64,000 bases of DNA from Stegostoma tigrinum (lineage: Eukaryota): contig NC_081364.1 in the NCBI RefSeq assembly GCF_030684315.1, positions 16,273,286 to 16,337,285 on the forward strand, given 5' to 3'. Position numbers and translations under genes: made by a program. Every line of letters begins with the position of its first letter. Positions within the stretch are counted from its first letter, which is position 1. Shown piece by piece: positions 39,090-53,277 of the stretch. Under the pieces are notes generated by a model. The model made no database searches and had not been told where the DNA came from. It saw nothing but the letters and a program-made list of their open reading frames with translations.

Positions 39090-39620
39090 CAATCTAAAGC
39101 TGGGGTAAATCATAGATTTTATAGAACGCATTCAATGAGTAAAGGGTTGTGGAAAGGCAGTGAGGTATTGGGAGGGAGCTCCAGACCTTAGGGCCTGAAC
39201 AACAGAAGGCATGCCCAACAATACTATGGGTGCATGGAAATGCTCCAGAGATGAGATTTAGAGAAGCACAGATGCTTGGGCTGTTATGAGACTGGAGGGG
39301 ATTACAGAGAGGGCGGGATGAGGAAATGAAGGAACTTGAGAACAAGGGTGAGATTTTTAAAATTGATAAACTGTTTAACCAGGAGCTAAAGCAGGTCAGT
39401 GGGCACAGGGATGAAAGCTGAACGGGACTTTTTTTGCAGGTGGGAACACAGTCGGTAGAATTCTAGGTAACCACTAGCTTACGGTAGGTAGAGCAAGGGA
39501 AGGCAGGCAGGAGCAGAAATTGTTAAGCCTAGAGGTAACACAGCCCTGAATAAGATTTCAACAGCAGGCGAGCTGAGATAAGAGCAGTGCTACAGAGCTG
39601 GAAAATAGGCAGCCTTAGTG
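39090..39620 (-). mobile_element. L2-like LINE 3' fragment
   Basis: GHAFCCSGPKVWSSLP, an L2 ORF2 C-terminal motif. Related pieces at 41600-41830 and 53300-53740. Confidence 0.55.
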
Positions 39621-39696
39621 GTACATATCATGCAGATATGTGACAATTTTAGTCATTTTATGGTTCCGGAAATACAAACTGTTTTAATTCGGTTAT

Positions 39697-39916
39697 AGAT
39701 AATGGGAACTGCAGATGCTGGAGATTTCAAGATAATAAAATGTGAGGCTGGATGAACACAGCAGGCCAAGCAGCATCTCAGGAGCACAAAAGCTGACGTT
39801 TCGGGCCTAGACCCTTCATCAGAGATGATGAAGGGTCTAGGCCCGAAACGTCAGCTTTTGTGCTCCTGAGATGCTGCTTGGCCTGCTGTGTTCATCCAGC
39901 CTCACATTTTATTATC
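39697..39916. mobile_element. Palindromic mini-PLE, family A (intronic)
   Basis: About 90-bp perfect arms with hammerhead cores at the centre; 14-bp TSD ttaattcggttata. Confidence 0.92.
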
Positions 39917-40796
39917 TTAATTCGGTTATACCTTCTTTCTCTTTCCTCTGACACATTTTGAGAATATTTGTTTCAACATGAGGGATTATAACGCATTCGT
40001 GGAAGAAATGGTTGAGATGACTTACTGAGTTTGACAGTGTGAAAGACCCCTGTTGTGTTCCACTACACAGATGCACAGAAATGCAGTGAGATGTAAGGAA
40101 TATTTTCTTGTGATCAGAGAAGTTGGTCAGACAAGCAGGGAGTAAATGTACAATGACTTAGGACAAATTTCTTCTGTGCATTGTTATTGGCAGCATCTAT
40201 ATGCAGCATTGTTTAAGTGTTGCAATGCCTATCCAATTCCAACAATTCAAATCAAATTGATCAACACATCATCAGTCATGCCTCAAAATGACCAATTATA
40301 TTTATGTTGCAATGAAACTGTGAGATTTATATCAATGCATTTTAATATAGTTTGTGGCAAGTTTGGGGTCTTGAAATTCTACCTCCAATTTACTGGTTTT
40401 GTCTGTGTACTTGAAGTTAACAATTGGCTTTTTAAACTACAATACCCATAATTCTAACGATGGTTTCTAGGGAACTATCCAAAGGAATGAATGGGAGAAT
40501 TTTCCCTTTCAGTCTGTGCTGGGAAGGTGTTTGAGAGGGAAGCATGGATCAAGCTACAAAGTGCTGAGAAGTTTTTTGGTGGGGTAACATGTGCTAAGCA
40601 GTGTTTTTATGAAAAGGATTTTATAGGAATGGAATTATTTTTGAATAAGAAGTTATTATTAATCCCTGGCCAGTGTGTTGGGTTACAGTAGGAGATAAAG
40701 AAATGAAGTTAAGTTTTTAAAGTATTTTAAACAAAAAAAAAGTTGTGTTAAAGACAATATAGCACTGGGAGGAAACTGAGTAAAGAGCATAACAAT

Positions 40797-40945
40797 GATA
40801 AAAACCAAAAGAACTGTGGATTCTGTAAATCAGGAACAAAAACAAAGTTGTTGCAAAAGTGGGAGGTGGACAAGGGAGGAGAGTGGAATATGTGCCTGGT
40901 GGTGGCATCTTGCTGGAGGTAGTGGAAATGGTGTCTGATTATCAA
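40797..40945 (-). mobile_element. Family C PLE tail fused to a Neptune ORF remnant
   Basis: IIRHHFHYLQQDATTRHIFHSPPLS resembles IILRHFCHLQSDPNTQDIFPSPPLS in the 6947 ORF. Confidence 0.7.
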
Positions 40946-42189
40946 AATAATAATAATTTTGAAAAGTGATATCTACTATTCCAGAGGAGGGGCTGAAATT
41001 TTAATTACTTGCAGCCAATCAAAATTTTGATTTGATTTGATTATTGTCACATGTACTAAGATCCAATGAAAAGAATTGTTTTGCATGATATCCAGACAAA
41101 TCAAACTTTAAATAAATAAGTATATCAGGCTAATAGAATAGAACGCAGAATAAGGTTTTACAGCTACAGAGAAGGTGCAGAGACAGATTGATACTATTAT
41201 ATGAAAAGTCCATTAACCTCTCTCTCTCGGACATAAGCTGGACTGGGTCTCATTAGATATACTAGATGTTCTTAGAATCACAACAGTGTTTGTAAACTGT
41301 ACCAGCGTGGACTGATTCTGATCCAAAGCTGTTCTTGTTTAATCTATAGAGTGTGCTTGGTTTATTTCTACTGGGTCTTCAAAAATCTTTGAATCTTTGT
41401 TCAAAGGGAACAGTGTGATTTTTTTCTGGTTATTAATTAATATTTGTTCTATTTTATTGTTAAAATGAGGACTACAACATTGCTTGCTTATGTTTCAGTA
41501 AAAGATCATTTTGGTAACAAAATGTCTTAACAATTAAGATTGATCCAGAAAGGTTCCTGATTTGTTTGGTACTAACGTGAAATAATCATTAGCCCTCGAC
41601 AACTGGGGCCACTAGATTATCATAATGTATCATCTTTAGTGGAAAACAATCCCAAAATGCTTCATAGAGGGTGAATGAAAAACAACAGTAGGCCTCGTGA
41701 AATGCCACGTCAAAGAAGTGGATTTTAAGGAGGATCTTAGAGGGAGAGAGCTTAGGGAAGGAATTTGAAAGCATGGACCCTGGGCAGCTGAAAGGATAGT
41801 TGCAAATCTTGGGTCAAAGTATGGGGAAATACAAAAAGACTAAATTTGCTCAGATTCCAAAGCTATGGATGAACTATTCATTTGAGTGGCTTATTCTGAT
41901 TTACTGTGACAGGAAGAACCAACATTAAATGATCAAATACAGTTAATTTTTGACTTTTTAAATTAGGCAACACAAAAACAAAACAATGGTTATCTTATGA
42001 TATGAAAGAGCACAAAAATCTTAATATATCACTTTGTCTTTACAATGTGATCACTTGTTATTCTATATGCTGTATGCTGTACTACCTAATAATTGCAGAT
42101 GCCTGTAGCACAGCTGTAATAAGGACACTACTTGTGCAATTAGGGCTGAGCCTTGGGACAAAGCTGCTGAGCCAAGTGATGTTTTGCAC

Positions 42190-43420
42190 GTTTTATGGAT
42201 AGTCCTTATAGATTAGATCAGAAAGAAATAACAGTCTGTAGAAGCAGGGAGCCAAAGAAAGGAAGTGATTGTGGGTGGATACCTTCAACTAGAGTATATA
42301 ATTGAAAGATATCTAGAGGTCTTATTGGTGTGTGCACTTTATAGACTATGAGAGGGCATTTTATAAAGTGTTCCATCAAAAAATAAATGCTTGCTTAAAC
42401 AAAATAGAAATTGACAAAAATGATAAAAGAAAACTAATTTGGAATCTATATTGTAATCAATATGCAGTAATGAAACTTGATAGCAGCTTGCCAGACAACT
42501 CCTCAATCAAAAAAGCTATTCGATACGGATGTGTTATGTCCCAAAAAACTATTTGACCTGCACCCTGAAGCTACCTGCAGGGACACAGAAGATCTACAAG
42601 GTCACAACATCAGTGAGTTAAAGCAACATGTGAGATATAGATTGCACTCCAACTCAGAAGAGGAACTTCAGGAAATTACATAAAACTAAACACAAGTCAA
42701 TGGTGACAAGCAGAGAGCTAATGAAAAGTGAAGTAAATGGAAAAGTTCTGGAACATGTGAAAAATTTTTCTATCTTGGGCACATTGATACGGATGATGGG
42801 AGATATCATTGTAAGATCTGAAGGAGAATTTAGATAGCTAAGAGTAATTTTGAAGGAATTAAAGACAAGTTAACGTCAAAATATTGAACTTGAATCTTAG
42901 AAAAGGAATACTAAGATGCTGTGTCTTGACATTTGTGTTATATACAAACATGGGAAAACAAAGAGACTAGTGATATGTTGATTGCGTTCACAAGAACGCA
43001 ATATTTAGGAGCAGGAGTAGACCACGAAGATCATAGCTGATTGCAGTTCTAACTCTTCTTTTCTGTTATTACCCCATAACTGTTTAGATGTGGACACATA
43101 GAAGGTTCTGCACATTCTAGGCAGACAGAAAAACTCATGAGGAACTGCTATAAATGACTGGATAAAAAAAGAAAATGCATGCATAACATCAATGAGGGAA
43201 AGATACAATATTTTGTTCATATCATGGGAGCAAACGGTAGAAAGGCAATTATTGGAAGGAAAGATGATGGAAAATCTAGTAGAGGGAAGCACTGAAGAAA
43301 TGGATAGCAGATAAAGTGACTGCACACAGTTGATTTACATGGAATATGTAAGGGTGGTATGGGAAAGACAAGGTGGCAATTCAGAAAAACCAGTGTTCTA
43401 GGAGGAAGATGACATCAACA
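42190..43420 (+). mobile_element. Degenerate RTE-clade LINE
   Basis: FIDYERAFYKV, NLYCNQ.A, IKKAIRYGCVMS, F.YLG..DG remnants. Confidence 0.7.
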
Positions 43421-44249
43421 AATGAGTTAGGTCAGAATACTTACCCCAGATATAGAGTGACATTATTGGTAGAAACAGATGGAGGCAGAATCATTTTTTA
43501 GATGAGCTGAAAGCCTTAATGAAACGTATGCTTGTGAGTTTGCAGCAGATCAGCACCCTTTGTTGTGGAACATGAGTATCTTTCAGTGCACAACAGGTGT
43601 GCAACCTGAACTTACTTTGAAATAATGATCCTGTCTTAAAATAATTTTATATGCATCAGGGATAATGAGAAAAGAAAGAAATTTCCACAGCTCACAGTAA
43701 GTTACTCTACAAGATTAATGGAAAGCTTCTGCAGTGGATTAAAAACTGGCTGCATGCCCTTAAAAAGGATGTTATGTTAGTGTTATGGATGTATTTAGAG
43801 ATCAATTCTCTGCTGTGTCCTGTTTAGGCTAATGCTCTTAATGATCCAAATACACATGTTGGAAAACTGCTATGTCAGTTTGCAGATGATCAGAAGTTTT
43901 GTGCAAGTAGTAGAACTGTGGAAAACATAAACAATAATAAACAGATCTTGAAATGTACTGGGAAGTTGAATATCTCTTGAGCAAATTGTGTTTAGTTATA
44001 GCCATTCAGTATTACACATGTGGGCAGGACCAATGCTAAGCACACATCCACCTTTAGAAGGAGCAAACTGGAGCCTGTGTTGAAAGAAATAAATCTTGGT
44101 GTTGTAATTCACAATGCTCTAAGTATTCAGCATTGACACAGAGAAGCGATAACTAAAGCAAAAGCCAAAAAGCAGGCACAGAATATCCGTTACAAAATGC
44201 AACATGCCAACTTGTCCTTGTACAAGACCTTTGTTCAGCCCATTTCAAA

Positions 44250-46240
44250 CAGTGGAACAGATGTTCACCATAGAGGTGGGAAACTCAAGTTGGGAAATCT
44301 CCTGACTTCATATGGAAGTCAATACTCCATGTACGACTTTTACACTCGGGTGGCAGGCACATGACTGAATCCTTCTATGCATTCATATTGGGCTCAGCTG
44401 TAATAATAACCCTTTGGAAGTGTTAACAATGAAGTCTATTAAAGCTACAGGAACAAAAAGTCATGTGTTTCCCAAGCTACACCCAATACCTGTCAATCAA
44501 TGCACTCCACCAGTTCCTTTCCTTATTCCAACCAGCAGCCATAATTTGTTTCTTTTTAATGTTTAATGGGCAGTTGCAGCATTGTGGAATGATGAGCTAC
44601 ACAGGCACAAACAGTGCCCAGCTATGACAGAATAACCCTACAACTATAAAACTGTAGGTGACTCCCAGAATATGTGTAGAAGTAGGGTGCAGTTTCAGTG
44701 CATCAAAAAGCCAAATGCTTACTCATACAAAAATGTTAATGCGATGGAATCAAAACCAGTGGAAAAAGATACTCTCGGTATACTTAGGGAAAATTGATGA
44801 TTCAAATGACTCGAGTTTGACAGATGTCATTTATGTCAATGAACATCTCATTGATTTTAAGCTTGATAAAGGGGTGGGTGTCACTGTCCTGTCAGATCAA
44901 GTACCTGGCTGTAGAATCAGAAGTTACAGCCTACAGTGATGAGGTGGCATGCTTCATCTGGAATAATTCTGAAGAGTAAAGATATGCTATAAGTAGCACT
45001 ACAACATAAAGAGCACAACAGGATTGAAACTTTATACATAAAAAATAATCAGTACTTCTCACTTTTAAGCCTGTATGTATGTTTTGTCCTCAACATCCTG
45101 AATGTAGCAGAAGGAGTTCAACTAGGAGAATGAGTCCAAGAAAAAAATACTGTCATCCAACTAATAAAATGGTAACTGATAGAAGATTCCATTGGCTTCC
45201 TAGACTCATGGCAGAGTCCAAAGACAGAAAAGGATCTATTGAGATTACCTATGTTGGCAACAACAGAGTTGGTTCATACTGTCATGAGGGAGGACATCTG
45301 TGGCTTTAGAGGAGTGATGGAAATGTTTTCCGTTCCTAAATAACCTACAGTTGACAAAACTCAGCAAAGTTTGGCAAAAGAAGCTAATACTGAGAATAAG
45401 AATAAATGGTAGAAACCATTTGAGCTTGTTGAGGAATCACAAACAGAAATTGTTCAGACAGCAAAACAGTCTACTGAATAAATGAATGCAGGAGATTTGA
45501 TGGATGTCAGCTGATGAGAAGACAGAAGTTCAAAAGCAACATTTCAATCTTTTATCTTCTGCTGAAGTATTATCAGTACCAGTGACAGATAACGTTAAAT
45601 AAGCAGCAATCTTCTTCTACCTCAGCAGAGGCTGCAAAAAGTTAATTTATTAAGAAGCCACCACAGAGGGCAAAAGAAGATATCCAATCCATTTAACACA
45701 TTGAAGTAAAGTAATTACATATTCAACACAGATCTATCAGCTAATTTAGTGTAAGAATTTTCTTGAACAAAATAGAGATAAGCTGCATGTATTTCTGTGG
45801 AGGCCTGATCAAAATCCACAGATTCCTTCAAAATGAAAAATTTGCCTGATTTGAAAATCAACGATACAATGGGGAAGGAAGTATTTATTTCAACAGAGCA
45901 GATGTCTTCCATGATAGACATTCGTGAAATTTAAGATCTTCCAGATGATGTTTTGGGGCAAATAGCTGAATTAGCACGGAAGGGTTCTTTGCACAGGGTA
46001 GTCAGAAGTTTGTAGTCTTCCATACAAGTTAATAAACCAGCCATTGGGTTTAACAGGAATAATATCCTTCATAAAGGTAATCCAAGAGATAAAAGTTCCT
46101 CTCATGGAGAAATTATTTACAGGGGATCAGAATCAAGGTCAATAGTCCTCAACCCAAAGATCCATCAATCTTCCAAATCAGAAGTGAATGCATTCAGGAT
46201 GAACTGTGTAATCTCCAGACCACCTGAATATATGAAGTCA
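44250..46240 (+). mobile_element. Highly degenerate Gypsy (Mag-like) internal region
   Basis: Protease-like IYVNEHLIDFKLDKGVGVTVLS; scattered pol-like remnants. Confidence 0.5.
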
Positions 46241-46259
46241 GAGCTGGGTTAGAAGGTAA

Positions 46260-47325
46260 TAGAACATAAAACATAGAACAATACAGCGCAGAACAGGCCC
46301 TTTGGCCTTCGACGTTGTGCCGACCTGTGAACTAATCTAAGCCCCTCCCCCTACACTATCCCATCATCATCCATATGCTTATCCAAGGACTGTTTAATCT
46401 ATCACCCCTCAATGTGTAGCTACGCCCCCTCGTACAAGCTGATGTCATCATCCTCGGAAGAAGACTCTCACTGTCCACCCTATTTAATCCTCTGATCATC
46501 TTGTATGTCTCTATTAAATCCCTTCTTAGCCTTCTTCTCTCCAATGAAAACAGACCCAAGTCCCTCAGCCTTTCTTCATAAGGCCTTTGCTCCAGACCAA
46601 GCAACATCCTGGTAAATCTCCTCTGCACCTTTTCCAATGTTTCCACATCCTTCCTGTAATGGGGCGACCAGAACTGCATGCAATATTCCAAGTGAGGCCG
46701 CACTAGTGTTTTGTACGGTTGCAGCATGACATCACGGCTCCAGATCTCAATCCCTCTACCAATAAAACCTAACACACCGTAAGCCTTCTTAACAGCACTA
46801 TAAAGATACTATCAACCTGGGTGGCAACTTTCAGGGATCTATGTACATGGACACTAAGATCCCTCTGCACATCCACACTACCAAGAATCTTTCCATTGAC
46901 CCAGTATTCTGCCTTCCTATTATTCCTCCCAAAGTGAATCACCTCATATTTATCTGCATTGAACTCCATTTGCCACCTTTCGGCCCAATTCTGCAGTTTA
47001 TCCAAGTCTCCCTGCAACCTGCAACATTCTTCCACACTGTACACCACTCCACCAACCTTAGTGTCATCTGCAAATTTTCTAACCCATCCACTTACGCCTG
47101 TGTCCAAATCATTTATAAAAATGACAAATAGCAGTCGTCCCAAAACAGATCCTGGAGGCACACCACTAGTGACCTGACTCCAGGCTGAATATTTTCCATC
47201 AACCACTGCTCGTTGCCTTCTTACAGAAAGCCAGTTTCTAATCCAAACAGCTAAATCTCCCTCAATCCCATGCCTCCGCATTTTCTCCAATAGCCTACCA
47301 TGTGGAACCTTATCAAATGGCTTCT
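46260..47325 (-). mobile_element. CR1 LINE RT region and 3' end
   Basis: FDKVPHGRLL, SGVPPGSVLG, KFADDTK, LVRPHLEYCMQFWSP; ttctatg tail. Confidence 0.92.
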
Positions 47326-47550
47326 TCCCAGCCATTATTAGACTGATGAGTGGACTCTCTCGCCTCAAATAACTCTGATCTTGCTAATGTTGATCTCGCC
47401 TAGTGTACACCCTGTGCAATGTAACCTGTATGCCTCTGTCTAAGTCTTTTTGTTTTGTACATCCTTGCTTACTATGATTTGCCTGCACTGCTCATAAACA
47501 AAGTTTATCACTGTACTTCTGTACACATGACAATAAATCTATCAATCAAT
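47326..47550 (+). mobile_element. Rex1/Babar-like 3' tail
   Basis: Reverse complement of about 23703-23915; (atca)n end. Confidence 0.65.
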
Positions 47551-49269
47551 ATCTTGATTGGGTCAGATGCATCCTTCAGTCTTGCTCTTGATAGTCTGAG
47601 TAATTCTGTCTATTTAAGCAATGTAGCTTGTACCTATTGCTACCATGGAATCAACTACATCTTACTGTTCAGGCATGTATTTCTTTTTGGTATGACTCAT
47701 CAACAAATAGTTCATTCTCTACTACTGTTCATCAAGCAGGGTCTTCAACCTAGTATAGAAAGGAGGATTGAGTGGGATTTGTCTACCCCAACCATTAGAT
47801 GTTTGTGGTTGCTTATTCACCACATACCTTAAGAATGGCATGTGTAGTGAGTACTGGATCACTGTGTCTTCCGAAGTTAGTTGATTCAGTCCTTGGCTGA
47901 GGCAGAGATTGAACCATACTAAAGATACTAAAAAGTGCCAATTAATCAGACTCAGGAGTGACTGTGGTCTCTTGGATTAGTTTTGATTACTTAGTGTGAT
48001 CAAAGAAAAGTGTTCCATAATTGTCCTCCAAACTTGGCTTTTCTCTTCTAGAAGACTACATGATGGGCCTCTTGAAACTGTACTCAGAACAAAGAACTGT
48101 CCAGGATATGCTAAGTGATCTGCTGGTCTTTCCTTATTTGGTAAATTTTATTTTACGTGTTCACACTATTATTGTTTTAAATGACACCATCTGGTTAATT
48201 CTGTACAACAGGGTTATTAATTGCAGTTCTATTTTTATTTTGTCCCTTGATTTTTACTCCTTTACTTGTTGGCATTTTTTTAGTTTTACCTCCCCCACAA
48301 TCCATTCCCAAACCAAACCTGTGGGGAGGTAATCTATTTACAAAGAACACATGTGCCTTTATTAGAAGTGCCTATCAACCACATGTTAACTCTATGGTTT
48401 CTGCAGAGTTATCATGAATGTTTTTCATTTAAATACATCATTACAGAAGTGGAACATGTATATTTTCAATATTTGATCAAGGGCCAATATGAGAAAAGCA
48501 TACAATTGGCATGCTCACGCTGTACCCTGATCACCCGAAGGTTATATATATGGTGTTGTGATGCAGTTTCTTTGATCTGTGTTGCATCATCTAACCTTGG
48601 CCACAGCAACAGTTTGGGCATCAAGTTCCTTGGTTTCTTATCTTTGGAATGTTTGTGGGTGGGGTTGATGGATAAAAATCAGCCAGTTAATTCAACAACT
48701 CTTGTTGGAAAATGTACTCATATTTCTCCAAAAATACATATATATATAAATATGTATCTCAAGGAAAATGTGCCAAAATAACCCAAAAATAAGTAGAACA
48801 AAAAAAAATTACAAAGCTAAGTTACTAAGGAATATAAAAATAGTCAAGCTGCATACAGAGTCTTTAGTAACAAAAAGTAGGGAATCGATATGGCTGCTAA
48901 GGGATACCTATGATAAATTAACAAGTAATGACCGCAAATGGCAGGCTTAGTAAGTAATTACCTTTCCTCAATACCAACAGGATGGACACAAATTAAGAAG
49001 GGATCAAAAATGCTGTTTGGTACTGGTCATGTTTCCAGTTGATCCCAGAAGGAAATATGGCCTGAAAGATTGGATGTTGTATTTTCTTAAATTTAATGTG
49101 GTGGTCTTTCACTGAAACATGAGCATAAAGGTCTAGTGATTTGGTTTCAACAATAAAAACAAAAATAATATTTTAAAAATTAAATAAAATGAACCAAGCT
49201 ACCTACAAATCATATTGTCTGAAATATTTTAAAAAAACACACCAATACAAAATGCAATCTATTCTCCAA

Positions 49270-49458
49270 CACAAAGTGTAGAGGGGGATGAACACAGCAG
49301 GCCAAGCAGCATCATAGGAGCAGAAAAGCTGACGTTGCGGGCCTAGACCCTTCAAATGTCAGCTCTTCTGCTCCTAAAATGCTGCTTGGCCTGCTGTGTT
49401 CAGCCAGCTCCACACTTTGTTCTCTCAGATTCTCCAGAATCTGCAGTTCCTATTGTTT
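49270..49458. mobile_element. Palindromic mini-PLE, family B
   Basis: Inverted arms plus tail; TSD ctattctccRacac. Confidence 0.8.
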
Positions 49459-50695
49459 CTATTCTCCGACACCTTCACTTTACTGTTCATCAAAAACCAG
49501 AGACATTCTCCTTCCCTGTCCAAAATGTAGGTTTCTCTTAGCTGCTCCTCAGTTGAGCTAGAACGCCTACACATCTGAGAGTTTGGGCTTTCTCAGTCCT
49601 TGAATAACTTGCAGAGTACTAACTAAGCAACCCTGGTTTGAAATTTTCACAAACCACATGCTCACTCTCACTGTTACTGAGGTAACTCAGTCCCTTAACC
49701 AGTGTGAACAATCACCTTTTCTATGTAAGGTCATATTTTTTCTGACCTGATTTAAGCTCGCTTTCTTCATGTCAAAAATTTAATAGAGAAAGGAATTCTG
49801 CCACAGGAATGGGGCACAGCTAAATTGATTCCTATAAATGAAAAGATCAAACAAGTCCAGGAAACAAAAGACTTAACAAGAGACTTTATATTGGCTGAAG
49901 AAAAAAATAATGGAATCCTTACTCAAGGATGTAACAGAACAACATCTAAGGACCAAATTTCTAATAAGGGCATATCAGCACAGATTCTAAAAGGAAAGGC
50001 CATGCTTGACTAACAAAGAACATAGAACAGTATAGCACAGGAACAGGCCCTTCAACACACCATGTCTGTGCTGTAGCTTATTGAATTGTTTTAAAAATGC
50101 CTGTAGGGTAGGTAAAGAAAATGCAGGAAACATAATATATTTGGACTTATAAAAAACCTTTGATAAGGTATCATAAAGTAGGCTCATAAGGTCAGACCAC
50201 AAGGAATCAGAATACCAGTAGCAGAATGGATAGAATATTGCCTGTAAAAAGAGTACAGAAATTAGGGATGAAATGCAGTTACAATTATTTTGCAGATGGT
50301 GGCAAATAGGATCGCAAGACGAATAATGTCTGAACTACTATTGCTCACAGCTTACATAAATTGTTGGACTCTGGAATCAGCATTACAGTTGCAAATCTTG
50401 CAACTTACACAAAATTTGAAGGTTGGGGGTTCAGTTAATACAAAGTAAAACTAAAATAAAATGCAAGAAAACACCAATAAACTTGTAATATGGGTGTATG
50501 ATTAGTAAATGAACTTTATGTAGCTAGGTATGAGGGTATATAATTTAGTAGGAAGAATAAGCAACAAACGTGCTTCTTGGAAAATAAGCCCTGAAATGAG
50601 GTCGAACAACTGCAGGATCTGGAATCAACTTACAGGTCATTCAAAATAGAACCATATTTAATGAGATCAGAACAAAAAAAAGCTCTGGATGCATT

Positions 50696-50908
50696 GACAT
50701 AACAACGTGTAGATCTGGATGAAAACAGCAGGCCAAGCAGCATCAGGGGAACAGGAAAGCTGATGTTTTGGGTCTAGACCCTTCTTCAAAAAATCTGGCT
50801 TTTTGAAACATCAGTTTTCCTGCTCCTCTGATGCTGCTTGGCCTGCTGTGTTCATCCAGCTCCACACCTTGTTATCTCAGATTCTCCAGCATCCGCAGTT
50901 CCTCCAAT
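50696..50908. mobile_element. Palindromic mini-PLE, family B, inside an old CR1 (about 50100-51020)
   Basis: 13-bp TSD ctctggatgcatt. Confidence 0.82.
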
Positions 50909-51237
50909 CTCTGGATGCATTTCTGTGTTGATACATTTAAAATGTTGAGAAATTCTATTAGTTTTGTACAAAACAATACACAGACTACACTTGGCATAAT
51001 GGGGCAGTTCTGTCCTTGATACTGGGCTAGTTTTTTAAAAAATGGATTCAAATTTCATCACCTGCCATGATGGACTTAAATCCATGTCCCCAGAACATTT
51101 GGTATTACATGTCCAGTGACATTACTACTAAGCCACCGATTCCCTTTGAAAACAGAGTTAGATAAAAAGGGGCAGGACGAGGTTCACATAGACCGTAAGT
51201 GTGGGCAAATGTTCAGTTCTTATGCTGTATTTTCTAA

Positions 51238-51398
51238 GCTGGGATTTGCTGCCTGCCAATGTAGTTAACTCAGCCACTTTAGGGCATTTAAACAGTCCTT
51301 GGATAAGCATATGGATAATGATGGGGATTAGTTCACAGCTCGGCGCAACATCGAGGGCCGAAGGGCCTGCTCTGCGCTGTATTGTTCTATGTTCTATG
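51238..51398 (+). mobile_element. CR1 3' end (same subfamily as 46260)
   Basis: Shared aacagtccttggataagcatatgga and (ttctatg)n tail. A similar tail lies at 13110-13208. Confidence 0.8.
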
Positions 51399-51819
51399 TT
51401 ACAGGAGCCACCTATGTGGTAGAAAAGGCTTCCAAAATCATTTATGCCCTGCCCCATCTGACCAGATGTAATTTAGCAATTATGCCCATTATAGCTGGGA
51501 CCATAGGCTTGAAATAAAAACTGTTTGAAATGTTACAGTGTAATTTTGGTCAACCACAAAACACTAGCTCATATATATAGAGATTAATTAAAAACTAGTC
51601 AAATCTAAAACTTACCCAACTCATTCGACAAAGTAAGATATAAGTTGAATTTCTTTGAAGGTTTATGTGTCCTGAGATACAAGCAACAAAAGTACCTTTT
51701 GGTATTTTAAGATATTGGACTTTTCTTAAAGAAAACTCTCACTATAATTTCATTTTGCGTTTAATTGTGCAGAGTTTGTTTAAATGAAACCAATCAAAGG
51801 CTTTCTTAGTCTTCCTAAA

Positions 51820-52087
51820 CAAAACACAAACAAAGACAGAACTTGCCGGAAAAGCTCAGCAGGTCTGGCAGCAACTGTGGAGAGAAATCAGAGTTAATGT
51901 CTCAGATTCAGTGACCATTTCTCAGAATTGCAAGCTCATTTAGCCTCCGATTCTTACAAAGGGTCACTGGACCCAAATCACCAACTCGGATTTCTCTCCA
52001 CAGATGCTGCCAGACCTGCTGAGCTTTTCCAGCAATTTCTGCTTTAGTTTCTGATTTCCAGCAATTTGCACTCCTTTCGGGTTTTAT
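51820..52087. mobile_element. Palindromic mini-PLE, family C, about 35 bp from the first coding-exon donor
   Basis: Inverted arms plus tail; TSD ttagtcttcc. Confidence 0.8.
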
Positions 52088-52121
52088 TTAGTCTTCCCAA
52101 AGAATAGCTGATTTGATTTAC

Positions 52122-52196
52122 CTTGCTCAATGTAGTTGCCTCTTCTTCAGCGTTAGTTCTTCCACTTGCTTGAACAAGACTAACTTTTGGATCCAT
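52122..52196 (-). CDS. SARG/PROSER2-family gene, first coding exon (MDPKVSLVQASGRTNAEEEATTLSK); whole exon 52231-52122
   Basis: Acceptor cttttacAG before 52231, in-frame upstream TAA, ATG at 52196, 25 codons, phase-0 donor AAG|GTAAAT matching the phase-0 acceptor of the next exon. Assigned from splice signals and phase, not from homology. Confidence 0.7.
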
Positions 52197-52614
52197 AGGT
52201 GTATCCTTACTCGATAAGATAATGGTTTAAACTGTAAAAGCCAATTCTATCAAACACTTTTCAGAAGACTTTTTCTTCCAAACCTTAGAGGAGGAAACAA
52301 ACAAGATCACAAATGAAATATATTTCACTGAAATATATTCCCAGCTTTAGGATCCAGAATCATCATCAAACAATTAAATTCAGAAAAAAGTGGAAACAGA
52401 TCCAAGGTAAGGCTCCCTACATTTGGTCTTTCTCAACTTTATCTCAACTTTAATGCATAGAACCAGAGGTCTGCAGCAACAGCAAGGATGTTCAGAACAT
52501 TATATGAGCCCCAGCTTTATGCTGGAGCAATCAAAGACAAAAATACACTGCTTTGCATTGTCCATAGATCTGTACATTTTTAAACTTCAAACATTTAGCC
52601 GTTTTTCCCTCAAC

Positions 52615-53277
52615 AGGTAATTAAAAAGGCAAATGGGATTTTGTCTAGAGGGTTGGAGTTTAAAACAGGGAGGCTATGCTGCAGCTGTATAGGGTCCTGG
52701 TGAGGCCACACCTGGAATACTGTGTGCAGTTTTGGTCTCCTTACTTGAGGAGAGATATACAAGCACTGGAGCGGACGCAGAGGAGATTCAATTGGTTGAT
52801 TCCAGAGTTGAGAGGGTTGGATTATGAGGAGAGGCTAAGTAGGCTGGGATTATACTCATTGGAATTCAGAAGAATGAGAGGAGATCTTATAGAAGCATAT
52901 AAGATTATGAAGAGAATAGATAAGGTGGAGGGTGGGAGGTTGTTTCCACTAGCAGGTGAAACTAGGACTAGGTGGCATAGCCTCAAAATAAAGGGAAGCA
53001 GATGTAGGACTGAGGTCAGGAGGAACTTCTTCACCCAAAGGGTTGTGAATCTATGGAATTTCCTGCCCAGTGAAGCAGTTGAAGCTACTTCGCTTAATGT
53101 TTTTAAGGCAAGGCAAGATAAATTTTTGAATAGTAAAGGAATTAAGAGTTACGGTGAGTGGGTGGGTAAGTGGAGCTGAGTCTCAAAAAGATCAGCCATG
53201 ATCTTATTACATGGCAGGGCAGGCTTGAGGCAGATGACCTACTCCTGCTCCCAGATCTTATGTTCTTATGTTCTTAT
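52615..53277 (+). mobile_element. CR1 3' part (ORF 52676-53179)
   Basis: [30 protein letters not shown]; (ttatgttc)n tail. Confidence 0.9.

Noticed and set aside
43445-43494. Minus-strand ATG and strong donor GG|GTAAGT as a possible start exon
   Set aside because: The ATG frame gives phase 2 and the phase-0 frame contains TAA, so it is incompatible with the phase-0 acceptor at 32993. The 52196-52122 exon fits instead.
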